The position numbers and the translations under genes were made by a program. A stretch of 64,000 bases of DNA from positions 1 to 64,000 of the forward strand of contig JBDOQK010000068.1 of assembly GCA_040437565.1 (NCBI GenBank). Reading direction: 5' to 3'. Positions 1 through 11,740 of this stretch are shown piece by piece. Source of the DNA: Albugo candida. Taxonomy: Eukaryota. The notes below the pieces were generated by a model. The model was not told where the DNA came from. It ran no database searches and saw only the letters and a program-made list of their open reading frames with translations. Numbering within the stretch: position 1 is the stretch's first letter; each line of letters begins with the position of its first letter.

Positions 1-40
1 CCCTAAACCCTAAACCCTAAACCCTAAACCCTAAACCCTA
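1..40. repeat. Telomeric repeat (CCCTAAA)n / (TTTAGGG)n, left chromosome end
   Basis: Five full CCCTAAA units plus CCCTA at the very start; degenerate units resume at 68-86. TTTAGGG is the known oomycete/plant-type telomere repeat. Confidence 0.95.
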
Positions 41-976
41 TCAGCGCAAATGATGCGACTGAGTCAGAAACTAAACCCTAAACTAAGGCTGTATACTACA
101 CGTACCGAAATACACATGTCTATGAATTCGATGGCGATCACGATTTGTTGTTTTTGTTGGATTTCTTCACTATCAGCGCAAATGATGCGACTGAGTCAGC
201 AAGCTGAGTGAATCGTTGTAGCTGTTTGTCTGGAAAGTACACAGTATGCGTCGAATCGAGTTATTGGTGTTGAAAGTATTTGCATTGCACTTGGGAACAA
301 TAGAGGTAGAAGTAAAAAGAAATAAATGCAGCATTAACCTTCTATGTTAACACTACAACATGTATGTGCAACTGCATTACAAATTTGGCTGTGTCCCGTT
401 TCACATTACGTCCGTCTGGTACCACGTGGTGACAGTCTCTCTTCGTCCCATCGGGCACGTTGTCACCAAAACAGCCGTTCAGGTGAGGTCGGACTTTACC
501 TGGATGCGTGTCTTGCAGTTGACGCGCATACCCTTGACGAACTGTCAGAAAACGATCTCTTCTAACAGTTGGTCTCTACGACAATGTATCGAATACAGTC
601 ATACAGTGACATACAGCAGAGTTATATACAAAATCTTAAGACTTGACATGCTGCAACGTGCTGACAAGGATTTTGTGCTACGACATTTTGCACGAAACCC
701 AAGTGGAAAATCGTACTATCATGACAAGTGTACCGAAGCTGATCGATTGATACACGATGGTGAAGTGTTTCCAAATGCACAATCGGTCTCAAGAGCGTAG
801 ATCAAGGAAGATTATGGTAAAATCGATGACAACGAGGATGGTTCTTCCCATGTGTACCTTTCTAATTTGGACAGCTTTGCTACATCTCGCAAAACACCCT
901 CCAGCTCTGAATAAGGTTAAACAACAAACGATTCAGCGCGTCTCCTGTCAGAGGATTTTAAAATGTTGGGTGTGAC

Positions 977-3686
977 TATTGCCACAGACAAACACCTCCG
1001 ATTGGCTAATACGTGTAAACTAATACAAATTTATCGACAGGGCGACTATATCACTGCGTCAACGTAAGATAGATACATAATAACTTACACGTTTCCCCGA
1101 TTTCGGTTTTCCTCGCTTCCCTCCCTACCACGCAGCAACATTCAACAAGCTGGGCAATAATAACGGCTTTAAAGCAAAAAGTGGATTCAAATTACACGAA
1201 AGAATATAATTTCATTATTCAGAACAAATTGCTGCAGCGACTAACCGGACTTGTTGGAGTTGAATATAGTCCTCGAAGAGCGATGGAAAAGGCATTGAAT
1301 GAATTCGCTGCCACCCAAGGCTACGGGATTGTAACAAATCATCCTACAAGCAGCGTAGCGNNNNNNNNNNNNNNNNNNNNNNNNNNNNNNNNNNNNNNNN
1401 NNNNNNNNNNNNNNNNNNNNNNNNNNNNNNNNNNNNNNNNNNNNNNNNNNNNNNNNNNNNATAACGGCTTTAAAGCAAAAAGTGGATTCAAATTACACGA
1501 AAGAATATAATTTCATTATTCAGAACAAATTGCTGCAGCGACTAACCGGACTTGTTGGAGTTGAATATAGTCCTCGAAGAGCGATGGAAAAGGCATTGAA
1601 TGAATTCGCTGCCACCCAAGGCTACGGGATTGTAACAAATCATCCTACAAGCAGCGTAGCGTGCACTATACATTCCATTACAAATGTGACCGAGGAGGAT
1701 CTTACCGCAATCGACTTGATCCAACGGGAGAGACTAGAACACGAACCACCTCGACAGAACTTGCCAATTGTTCATTCCGCTTGAAATCCATACAAGATGA
1801 ACTGCATTGGACTTTCCCCGTGGTTGAAGAGGATCATAACCAGATGCCCTCCACCTCCACATGCGCCCATCCTGTCCACCTCAGACTCGAAACAGAAATA
1901 AAAGGACAAAAGTTGGATTGTATGATGCTGGGGTCCCAACTAGAAGCATACAAACATGTTTGCGTATGACCGTGGACTTGTATTGCCTAAAAACTGAAAA
2001 ACGTCCGCCAGGCCGCAATTCTCAAACTTTAGATGGCCGTACACCTATGGATGCCTTGTACAGAAATCTCGCAGATTGCAATTTGGATTTGAAATAGTAG
2101 TGAGCATTGATGATGGCAAAATTTCCCACCTGTACTTTCCCATGCATGATCTACAGAGATGGCTCAGAGTCACAATGACATTGTTTTGGTGGATGCTTCA
2201 TACAAGACAAATGCTTTGAAGCTTCTGTTGTTGCGTCTCGTTTGGTGCTCGTCAATGTATAAAACATTTTCCGTCGCATTCTTTTTCATGACGAACGAGA
2301 TTCAATCCTCATACTCATCAGCGATAAACTTCTTTCGATCGATCTTTAGGGACGAATCTCCTCCGGATTTTTATCGTTGATCGCGAGCTGGCGCTAATTT
2401 CAGGAATACGAGAGCAATTCCCTACTTCCCAAATTCTGTTATGTGTATGGCATATTAAAAAAAGGGAAAAATGTACAGCATATTTTCCAAAAAAAGAAGA
2501 ATGGAAAGCCTTCATGAAGGAATGAAGGGCAATCATGTAGGCAATAATAGAAGGCTATTTCGATGCACTATGGAATGGTTTCGAATTTCGTGCAGACAGT
2601 TCAATCATTAAATACATTGTCGAAATATGGATTCTCTTGGAAGAAATGTTTCTTACTGCTTGGACTGACCGCATAACGCATTTTGGTCAAACTGCAACCT
2701 CGCGTGGTGAAAGTGCTCACCACATGCTCAAGCAATGCATGCCAGCTAGTATGAATCACCTTCTTCCGTTCTTCAAAAAACTATACCTAGCTATTGCTAA
2801 TAATCTTGCAGAGAACGATGTGTCTCAACAGCGTCAGCAAATGAAAATAATCAACTATGCACAGCCAGCACCTCAAGGAATGATTATTTAGGATATCCAT
2901 TTGATAATTTCTCATTTTGTACTGAACAAAATCTACGAACAGTTAAAATTATAGCCCGCCAGCCAAAACGAAACGAAACGACGAAGACGTATTCTCTGGA
3001 GTAGTTCGCACCGTCTGGGGTCTTCTCTGCAAGCACAAACTGCGCCAATACCTGCGTCATAAGCAATACTTTCAAATAAGCGACATCTATCCGCATTGGC
3101 ACTTGACTAAGCCCCACCACCTAAGTCCTCTTCTGTTACGGCCAGACGAAAGTCTCCCGATGTTACTCGATCAAGTGGTTACCTGCTTTGGGGTCTTTCC
3201 AGACCATTAGCAGGCTACGATACTCGACGAACTTCAGACACTTCCGCAACAAATTCCAAAAACCTTGCAAGAGCCAGTAATTGAGTGCCCGAAAGGGAGG
3301 CCGCGCCAACAAGATGGATCGACGCGAAGCCATTTATCTGGGTTTGAGTATGTGGAACCCAAGGAAAACCCAAGAAAACGTTCATGCAGAGCTTGTGATG
3401 AATCAGGGCACATCTCGGACTCTAAGAACTGCAAGAATAAAATCAAATAAGAAATTCTATCATGTATCTTAGGTAGACGCAGTAACATAGTCACCGTATC
3501 GACGAATCATGTTGGTTTACACAAACTAGCCAATCAGATATGTTTTGTGTGTCGCAATTGTGAAAAGTGTGTGGGAATAGCGAAACGATCGATGAATCAC
3601 AAAAATTAGCAAATCATATTAATTTACACAGATTCGCCAATCAGAGGTGTTTTGTCTGTGGCATTAGCCAAAACGTCTGTGGGAAT
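977..3686 (+). mobile_element. Decayed Mutator-like (MULE) DNA transposon with ~100-bp terminal inverted repeats
   Basis: Left TIR ~977-1080 (gccacagacaaacacctccgattggctaatacgtgtaaactaatac...gactatatcactgcgtcaacgtaagat) is the reverse complement of ~3460-3560 and of ~3617-3663. Transposase fragments lie between the TIRs. Confidence 0.85.
1482..3450 (+). pseudogene. MULE/FAR1-type transposase pseudogene (multiple stops and frameshifts)
   Basis: Fragments carry VDASYKTN (DxTYKTN), FSVAFFFM, IVDRELAL...FPTSQILLCVWHI (CxWH), AWTDRITHFGQTATSRGESAH (TSRxESxH), a SWIM-like remnant (GLLCKH), PKGRP, and a C-terminal zinc knuckle CRACDESGH. Confidence 0.9.
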
Positions 3687-3694
3687 AATCACAA

Positions 3695-3900
3695 CCTTCT
3701 CTATCTTGATCCATGTTGTCTCCATTGCAGCTATTCTTGTGGAAATCTCCTCAAATTCCAATAGGTGCCCCGATCCGTTTCCACCATTTTCCATCCTGAA
3801 TTCGTGCACTTGTCGTCTTATTTGTATGCGATTGTGCGTGTTTCGCCGAACGAAGAATTATTTAGGATTTCCCACGCTTCAGCTGTACTTTACTTTGTCA
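3695..3900 (-). mobile_element. Ty1/Copia gag (UBN2/Retrotran_gag_2-like) fragment
   Basis: Minus-strand translation with one frameshift: STAEAWEILN/FFVRRNTHNRIQIRRQVHEFRMENGGNGSGHLLEFEEISTRIAAM. This resembles the Copia gag AxxAWxxL...NRxxLRxQLHxFxM motif. Confidence 0.7.
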
Positions 3901-3959
3901 AGGATTTCATTACACTGGTTATCTGGTTTTTTAACTACCTTCCTTATCCTATCATGAGC

Positions 3960-4136
3960 CCTTGACCGTGTGAATATCACTTAAGTCTGACTTCAAACCC
4001 TGGGAGGCAGATATTGTCCAAGCAATAAGCTTGGACGGGCTCAAACCGCTGCCCACACTGCCGGGGATCGAACTAACGACCTCCGGTAGGGGTCCGTGCG
4101 CTCAAGTGCTTAACCGACTGAGCTGGGTACGGACCC
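3960..4136 (-). mobile_element. tRNA-derived SINE-like element (Pol III A and B boxes), not a functional tRNA
   Basis: Minus strand reads GGGTCCGTACC-CAGCTCAGTCGG(A box)-TTAAGC...GAGGTCGTTA-GTTCGATCC(B box)-CCGGC, with no acceptor stem or clear anticodon arm. An 8-bp hairpin GTCCAAGC/GCTTGGAC lies at 4016-4036. The 3' boundary is uncertain. Confidence 0.6.
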
Positions 4137-4823
4137 TTCTTATTGGTCTACTGGTGTGTCGTACATTATACCAGACATGGTCTTGATTGTGATTGCGTCA
4201 AAAGCCTTCACGTGAGATAATTCGTGCTGGAAGAGACACAAAAGCCGTCACGCTAGCAAACCTTTTGAGATTGCCTCTACCTAGCTGGCTGTAATTGCGT
4301 ACATAACCAAGTGCAATTGAGGAATTTAATAATAGGCTGTCAGCCATTCATGAATACCTATGAGCTCCAGTTCAAAATCAAGGACGGCATGTGAATGTGA
4401 TATACGAAAGCACAGCTATACTTTAGGTAGCAACGTCATGTCTAATAATGATACTCCGACACCGACCCTGAACAGTAGTGCTGAATTCTACTGGAAATAG
4501 CGAAAGACTGAAAAGAAGCGGAAGCTTTGCGCAAAAAGAAGATTTTATCTTGCACGGGTTATTGCTATCTGACTGATTCTGTCATAATGAACATGTTCTT
4601 AAGATGTTTCTAACGGATAGTCGTATACGTCATCATCCGAATTACATATTCTATACATTGCGTAAGTACACGTGTTCCCACAGCGTCATATGACTGGCTT
4701 GTGTGAGCAATCGTGCGAACGAAAGGCTTAGAGGTAGGGTAGCGAACGAAGGATCTTTCCAAATAATAAATCACTTCTTATTTTTCACGAACTCTACGAC
4801 AGAATACTTCAGCTATACACTTT

Positions 4824-5611
4824 CTATTCTTCTTTTAAATGACTAGTGGACGTGCACGTCTTGCTATTGGTATTTCGTTAGCGCTCATTAAATGCTTATG
4901 ACTAACATTAGAGCTCTGATACCGATGTTTGAAAAAAGGGCCCCTGTGTATCCCTCCAGGACGATTTCGACGGTGTTTGTCGTAGGGAAAACTCGCTTTC
5001 CGGACGGGAATCATAGAACCACGATTTGTACAGAAAACTTACGAGTTCTGCAGGCAAAAATCATTTACCGCCGGACAAATCACATGCATAGTGGACAAAC
5101 TCGGTAGTAGATCCCGAATATCTACCGGAGCGGTATGGACAGCTTCACCAACTTTCAAACAGAAATCATTCTTCGTCGACTCGCGATCAAATTCTTGGGT
5201 GAACGCACGTATTATTAGTTTTAGTAGAATCTTTTTGTAGAGACCATCCGTCTAGTGGGCCGCTTGTTGGCCCAAGCTGATGATCATATCGGAGAGATTT
5301 GACCAGAATGAACAATCCTTCGATGTGCAAATGCTCCGGCGGAAGGGGTTGACGGTTTGGTAAGAGGTATGTAAGCAGATTTGCAAACTGTTGGCTCAGG
5401 TTCGTAAATATGATTTTTATCTTCTCGCATATTTCACTAGCTCTGACCAAACAACGTTGAGCCCCATCTCTAATATCTTGCTGTCAAAATTTTCCATTAA
5501 CTCGACAGAGTGAGTCTTAGCTTCTTCCGTGGTCTTTGGCAAACCATTGTCGTCATTAGTTTGCGCGTTTAGACAAACAAGGCTAAGTATCACAGCTAGT
5601 GTTCGAACCAT
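4824..5611 (-). pseudogene. Frameshifted paralog of the secreted protein at 19057-19932
   Basis: Signal-peptide-like start MVRTLAVILSLVCLNAQT, then a frameshift into ICEKIKIIFTNLSQQFANLLTYLLPNRQPLPPE, further disruptions, and a homologous stop at 4824-4826. Confidence 0.85.
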
Positions 5612-6652
5612 CTAGGCACAAAATGGTGTATATTCCAATTACCAGCGAGTAGCTTGTGTGAGCTAAAGTCAGAACTGGACGCATCCAACGTTTGACATTC
5701 CATTTCGAATATTCCACTATTCTAAAAAAGCTGAATGAGACTAGGGCATTGTGAAGTACTTTTCGCATGTCTACGGTCGATCGCAAGTAGTTCATTGCAA
5801 TGCTTTCTCAATCATAAAGTTTGCAATTCAGAGTTACGCATCAGGAATGTCGTCAGAGTCTGAGACATTCCGGAAAATAAGCGCACAAGACGTCATGAGA
5901 GGTGCTTGATCACAATGAAACGCTACCAATGGGCAAATATTCAATATCGATGCTTTTTATCTTGACGATTTGCAAGAGAACTAAACAGCGAGAATATGGA
6001 ATGTGTTTATTCCTTGTAATGTTTGTCTGTGACGCTTCATTGAATTGCGCTTACTTACACCAAACCACTACTGCATTATGCTTTCTAATATAGATTGCGT
6101 AATTCTCACCAGCTCATGCTTGCAGACGCACCTGTGAGAACTTGACCTCCGCCATGCTATTTTATAGCCTGAATATAGATTTAGCTCTGCTTGTAGTCAG
6201 AACTTTCAGCCAGTCACGTCTACTCTTCCAATACTACTCGATAATTATGTAAATCCTTACGTGCTCACACATCAAGCGTTGCTTACTACAATTATGATTG
6301 TGAGTACCTCCTGACCCATACGTACGGCTATTTACCGCTTCATGCATTTTTTGGTGCAGTAACCAGAAAATGTTTCGATTAGAATAGATATACTTAGCAA
6401 ACAAAATGCTCCAGGTTTGTTTCGACGTTTTCCAAAGGCATCCTCCTCGCAAATCTTTTATCGTATACCCTCAAATATCGCCCTTGTCAGAATCTCATAA
6501 CAACTACGAGAATTTTGCGAAATATAGTACGGATGGTGCGTATTGATCGTTGTCGTCTAGTTGATTGGTGATCTTATGGCACGCCGTATTGGTAATCTCC
6601 CATGACTTCGATGTGGAATGTTGCCCTTCCGTCTACCATATAATAAGGAACT

Positions 6653-7008
6653 GATGTAGGCAACAGTGCTTTGACATTTCATGCAGACAGTATGACTCTA
6701 TAGCATGGATATAAAACGGAGCATATATTAGGCTCTTGCAAGACGTGGCAGCATCGGCTGCATTTTGCGAGTCTTGTGGACCGTCAAAATATAACGTTCT
6801 ATTGTTGGTCCTCTGACTTTCTTCCCAAGAATACCAACTCTGTGCAAGAAGACCAACAATATATCATTAGTTTTCAACGGTCTACAAGACTCATAAAATG
6901 CATCCGATGCTGCCACGTCTTGCAAGAGCCTAATATTTGCTCCGTTTTATAGCCATGCTATAGAGTCATACCGTCTGCATGAAATGTCAAAACACTGTTG
7001 CCTACATC
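6653..7008. repeat. Long inverted repeat (132-bp arms, 8 mismatches, plus inner 15-bp stem)
   Basis: 6653-6784 is the reverse complement of 6877-7008 with 8 mismatches by hand count. 6800-6814 pairs with 6847-6861 (14/15). Terminal loop about 32 nt. Confidence 0.95.
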
Positions 7009-7172
7009 GTCTCATTATACTAGAGAAGCTGCTTATTTTACATCTTAGCAAATCGGCTCTTAGTTTCAATATGATGTGGGTGCGACCGAAGTGCATTCGA
7101 CTGCAAAATACATCATACATAGTGTGACACCTTATATGCCGCACTTTCAAGGTCAACACGATGTCTCCTCCT

Positions 7173-7359
7173 TGTTGGCGATGACGATGTGATTTTAGGT
7201 GGTACACCTTAAGTCGGATGGATTATCTGAGGATATCCTTAGTATTCTCAGCAGTCAATCCTATTGGATAAAAAAAGGAGAGGCTAAGAATAGCCGATTA
7301 GGCGAAGTTAGGACCTAAGTTAATATAACACACTTTTCGATTGAAAACTCTGCTCAAAA
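7173..7359. mobile_element. Solo LTR (187 bp) with 5-bp target-site duplication CTCCT
   Basis: Insert begins TGTTG and ends CAAAA (CAACA with one change), flanked by CTCCT at 7168-7172 and 7360-7364. The paralogous site (21196-21200) has a single CTCCT and no insert. Confidence 0.85.
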
Positions 7360-10069
7360 CTCCTATCCTTCTGATCGCCACATCATTTCAGCTTGTGGCG
7401 CCATATTTCTTTCTCTTGTGCAATTCATCGGCTTGTCGATTGGACAATCGACTGGAAAATGGTATTGGACGGCATCAAGGCAAAAAAGAGCGGATAAAAG
7501 GTGCCACAACTCCTGTGTACATAGAACCTTGGCAATATTCTATGCATGATCAAGTCGAATCTTTCGTTGACGTGAAAGACGAAACTGTCTCCACGAGCAA
7601 GAAGAGTTCAGTCACAGGAACACTCAGAACTTTTGTCGCGGATACCGTAGCATCAAATCTTGATATTCTGAAGAAGAAGTAGGGAGGCGTTAAAAGCTGA
7701 AATGTACATTTCGATCCGGATTAAGAATCATCAATGTCGCCTCAATACAATCGCAACTTGGAGTAAAGCATCGATGCAAACACAAACATGTCGCATAAGA
7801 GAGATAACCGAAACAATGCGGGGAATTTTCTTTTGCTGGAGAAATCCTCACAAACCTGGAGCACTGATTAGATGCTGGTTTCATGTTATTGCTGATTGCA
7901 TTCATCGATGATACCGAATGGAAAAAAGAAATGGAATGTATAGAGTCTCTGTGATACATTTGCCATAAACAACGCTAAAAACAGCAGTGTTATGAGTAAG
8001 AAACAGCTGAAATAGTTTACGGCAAGCAAACCCGTTAAAATATTTCATCCTTGCCGAACCAAGTGAGAGGGAGATGATTACAATGCGGAAAAAAGCATTT
8101 TACAATCGCAAATTTAATTATGATACCTCATGAACAGTCTGTGTTCCGACTTGGTCGAGATATTGCGCTACTTACTTTGAATATTTCAACAAAAGCCAGC
8201 AAGAACATGGGGACCAAGAAAAGGTGAGATACAAGATAACAATACACTTCTCAGCAGTGAGAAGTAAGAGTTGGCATTCGAAGGACCGGATAGATCTAAG
8301 TTCAAGACAGCACAACTGGGATCGGGATACTGACTCATACGAACGATATAATTGTCTACTCAAAGGTGTCGAATGGAACCCATCCGTCCAGAAGAATCAG
8401 ATATCATCGTTTGGTGCTCAAAAAAAACTTTGTAATCTCAGACTCACAGAAGTTCGTACACGAAAAGCGGGAAGTAGACAACTGAATATTCAGGTACAAA
8501 TAGTAAGAATGGTGAGCTAAGATTTGTAAAAAGGAAATAGAAGCACAACGCGTCAAAGTAATTTCGATAGAAGTTATCACCGAGTAGTTGGCTTTCACAA
8601 GCTCATTGCGATCTGAATTACGGTAAGCAGGCATGCGGCATCAAGAACGGATTCAGGCGCCCTCTACGCCTTGCAGCAACCAAGCATCTATTGATATTGC
8701 GTGGGAAGGAGTCTATAAATTTGGAAGAAATCGTCCTAGAGGCGATGTTTGTAAAAAATTCTTGATGACGAGTCTACATAATGGTCGGTTGACGATGTCA
8801 GCATGCATGAACTCTCTGCCGATTGGTACAACGCTCGATATAAAACAACTCACCTATGACTATCAGCGCCAATCCATCTTCAGCAATTTGTTAAGCTCCC
8901 TTCAAATTTAAGTCCCGCTGCAGTTCATGTCAAATCTCAGTCGCGCGGAAACACAGTATCGATGCGAAGTACCAGTGACTAAAGAGTACTTGTTTACGGG
9001 TTACGATGTCACTATTTACAGAACTGGTGGCGTTCTGACACATCATAGCAAGAGACCGCTACACTTGTGTATGGAAATAAGTCATAAGTTCCATTATATG
9101 ACCACCGTGTATCACTGATTAATGACGCTTGTGCTTTGAAGAAGAAATAATTTCGCTTGCTTTTCTTCGTCCGTGGTAATGTCGAAATTCGAAGCAAGGC
9201 GCAACTTCACCAAGCAAAGAATCATGGACAATAGCCCGCTCCCGGAAATGAGAACCTTGAAGTACTATCACTACACGGTAATTGATATCAAGAAAAAAAG
9301 TGCTCCAGTGGAGTACCTGGCTACGAATTGAAACATCATGCATGTTGATATCGTCAACAGACCATGATGCAGATAGTGATCAAGCTAACGCTCGCACCTG
9401 TAAGAACACTTCTAGGCGCATATTATAGAGATACAAAAAAAACATAGAATCTAAAAATGAGATCCAAAACAAAAAAGCGGCTTCATACTGTACGATTTCA
9501 AACGCGTCGTATGTTTTTAAACCCAATATATTCTGTTTTGGGCTGCTTTACTTTATGTGCAGCAGGGATCCTTCGCCTGGAAGTCAAATAGCAGATATCA
9601 ATGAAAGCAGGATGATTACGATACGTCTCATCAATTTGTGCACACTCTTATCGCATGCGCAAAGCGGCTTCATCACAATCAAATGTTTGCTCGTGCTGCA
9701 GCTGCGCTGGTTATGCAGTTGATCGATCTTTGTGTCTGAAAGCTTTTACTTTGATAGAGGTATGGTTTTACGACTCTCGCGTGTCTTTTATGTGATAAAG
9801 CAGAATGCGTGCGCGTTGTCCAACCTTTCCGTATCAACTTTTTCTTTTCATAACAGTCTTCAAGACTCTCGTGATAGTACGCCCCAGCAGCTCATTCATG
9901 CGGCTTTTTAAAATTGCTGTCAGATCAAACCATTCCTACCGATGCATCTACAGCTTCATGCGTCACTACTCCATCAAAAAGACCGTCTGCCTAATGAATT
10001 GCTTGCATCTGACGACTCATTCAACCAAACACGTATTCAAACATTTATTGTACAACTTCATTTTTACGA

Positions 10070-10848
10070 TCACCGACTCCTCAAAGTCAACGCCGCAAAT
10101 GTGACTATACTCACTACAGCTGCACCTCCGGCCATCAAATTTTTAAATTTTTGATACATCCTCTGAGACTTTCGTTCTTTTTGCTCGATTTCCCCCTTTT
10201 TCATTTCCACCAAAGCATTATTTCCACTCGGACTCGCAACACCGTCGTCTTTTTTGTGTACCGCTACCCGCGGGGCTTTGACATTGGGCGAGGAGATGTA
10301 CGTACCTAATTTTATTCTCCAACTCAACTGTCACCACCATTCTCTTCCAATTCTCCCTTTTGGCCATAGCAACAGCTTCCATCAAACTCTCATTATTGTT
10401 CAGAACCGCCATATCTCCGTCCTCGTCTTCATATCGGAGCTGTATGCTGACATTCGGCTTAATAGTGAGCTTGAGCTGAATTTGCTTCTCCAAAGTGGTG
10501 ATATCGTCCGATCGACAGAAAATTCGGTGAAACTGTTTCTGACCTTCAAAGCTGACTTTGAACACAAACTTACTATCCTGCAGGGCGCTCAAATGCATCG
10601 TCCCGGCAGTCACCGAATGAGGCGCACTAACAACCGATACACTTTCTCCGATATCTGCGTACGACATTGATTGCGATACTCGAGATGGTGCACGGAGACT
10701 TTGAGCGCCGTTGATACAAGTATGATACTCACTTCGCACAAACTCCCCAATCGTTCCAATTGACATTGTCTCATCGTATAGGTACCCCATTTCGTCTTGT
10801 AAATTGAACGCAAGCTGCCAGAATTGGCGCCAATCTCCTTTTGCGTTG
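10070..10848 (-). pseudogene. Truncated duplicate of the myosin XXIX 3' end (PB1 + TM), frameshifted
   Basis: ORFs 10218-10790 and 10070-10327 match the last ~250 aa of the myosin. A 1-bp deletion near 10307 (acctaattttattc vs acctcctttttattc) shifts the TM tail out of frame. Confidence 0.9.
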
Positions 10849-11740
10849 ACGGAAGGACCTGATGACCTAAATTAAAGCCAGATGATCGGAACTTATCACT
10901 TATCTGAATGTCTAAGTCAGCTTCTATTTGTACTTTCGAAAAAGCGGAAAGTATGGCGTGTACGAATGATTTCGTAGTTACATATCACCACCGATTCAGA
11001 AACATCGAACAACATTGTTAAACCTGGTGACATTCTATTGTTCAATGTCATGCTACGAGCAACATTCCTCATCTGCGCTGTCGCGAATCAAATGAAGGCA
11101 GCATCCACGAATTTGATCGCTCTTACAAGCACTTGTCGATCATCATACCATAACCGGCTTGTTCGCACGTGATTTGCATATTCGTGAAGAAACGGGTCGA
11201 TTCTAGAAACGGAGGTTTTTCGCAGGTGAGCACCGAGCAACATGTGAGTGCAAATCTGGGCTATGGCTACGCTGGTAACATTTCAAAGCTGAAAAGAGAC
11301 ACGAAGGAGGCATTGGAGCTGGCACACTCAACACTAGGCAATGTAGAGTAATTGTGGGCATATTTGCTACAGCAAATACTAACATTGCGCAAAAGTCGTG
11401 GACGCGAGAACGTGTAGTTTGTCGGTCTGACAATTCAAGCGTAATATAAATCAAGTGCACATATACAGACAGCAAATTACATACATTAGAAGCTAGGGAA
11501 GTGATACCACCAGCGAATCAGCAAATCTTTAATTATACCCTACAACGAATGAGTGTAATACTGAATCTGATCATTCTTCTCGCTTATGATAATTAACGAA
11601 CAATCTTCAAAGAGAGAGCTCTCCTTTTATTACTTATCTGCTCGCTTATATAGACTTCAGCGCACACTCATGAAAAGGAAACTGGCTCTTTGCTCGTTCT
11701 CCACCTTATGGGTTGGTTCAGAAGGCACGTCCTAATTATT

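Larger units (their letters stand above)
6130..7959 (-). pseudogene. Heavily decayed Cys-rich (CxxC-repeat) secreted-protein-like relic, copy 1
   Basis: Fragments MNAISNNMKPASNQCSRF..CLCLHRCFTPSCDC, KC(S/I)RCCHVLQEPNICSVL and RGGCLWKTSKQTWSILFAK..FWLLH are shared with the paralog at 20400-21783. Family assignment is inference. Confidence 0.35.
4137..10848 (+). repeat. Diverged segmental duplication, copy 1 (paralogous to ~18602-24788)
   Basis: Collinear matches throughout, e.g. ggtctactggtgtgt..agacatggtcttgattgtgattgcgtcaaaagccttca at 4145 and 18610, and gtcgaatctttcgttgacgtgaaagacgaaactgtc at 7554 and 21382. Homology ends at ccaatctcctt (10830/24770). Confidence 0.95.

Noticed and set aside
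344-975. Short ORFs between the telomere and the MULE TIR
   Set aside because: No recognisable motif; probably decayed sequence, so no call is supportable.
1160-1661. Direct repeat 1160-1360 / 1461-1661 (two MDSNYTKEY ORFs)
   Set aside because: Identical sequence either side of a 100-N gap; assembly artefact.
4060-4136. Functional tRNA gene
   Set aside because: A/B boxes are present but there is no acceptor stem or canonical anticodon arm; treated as SINE-like.
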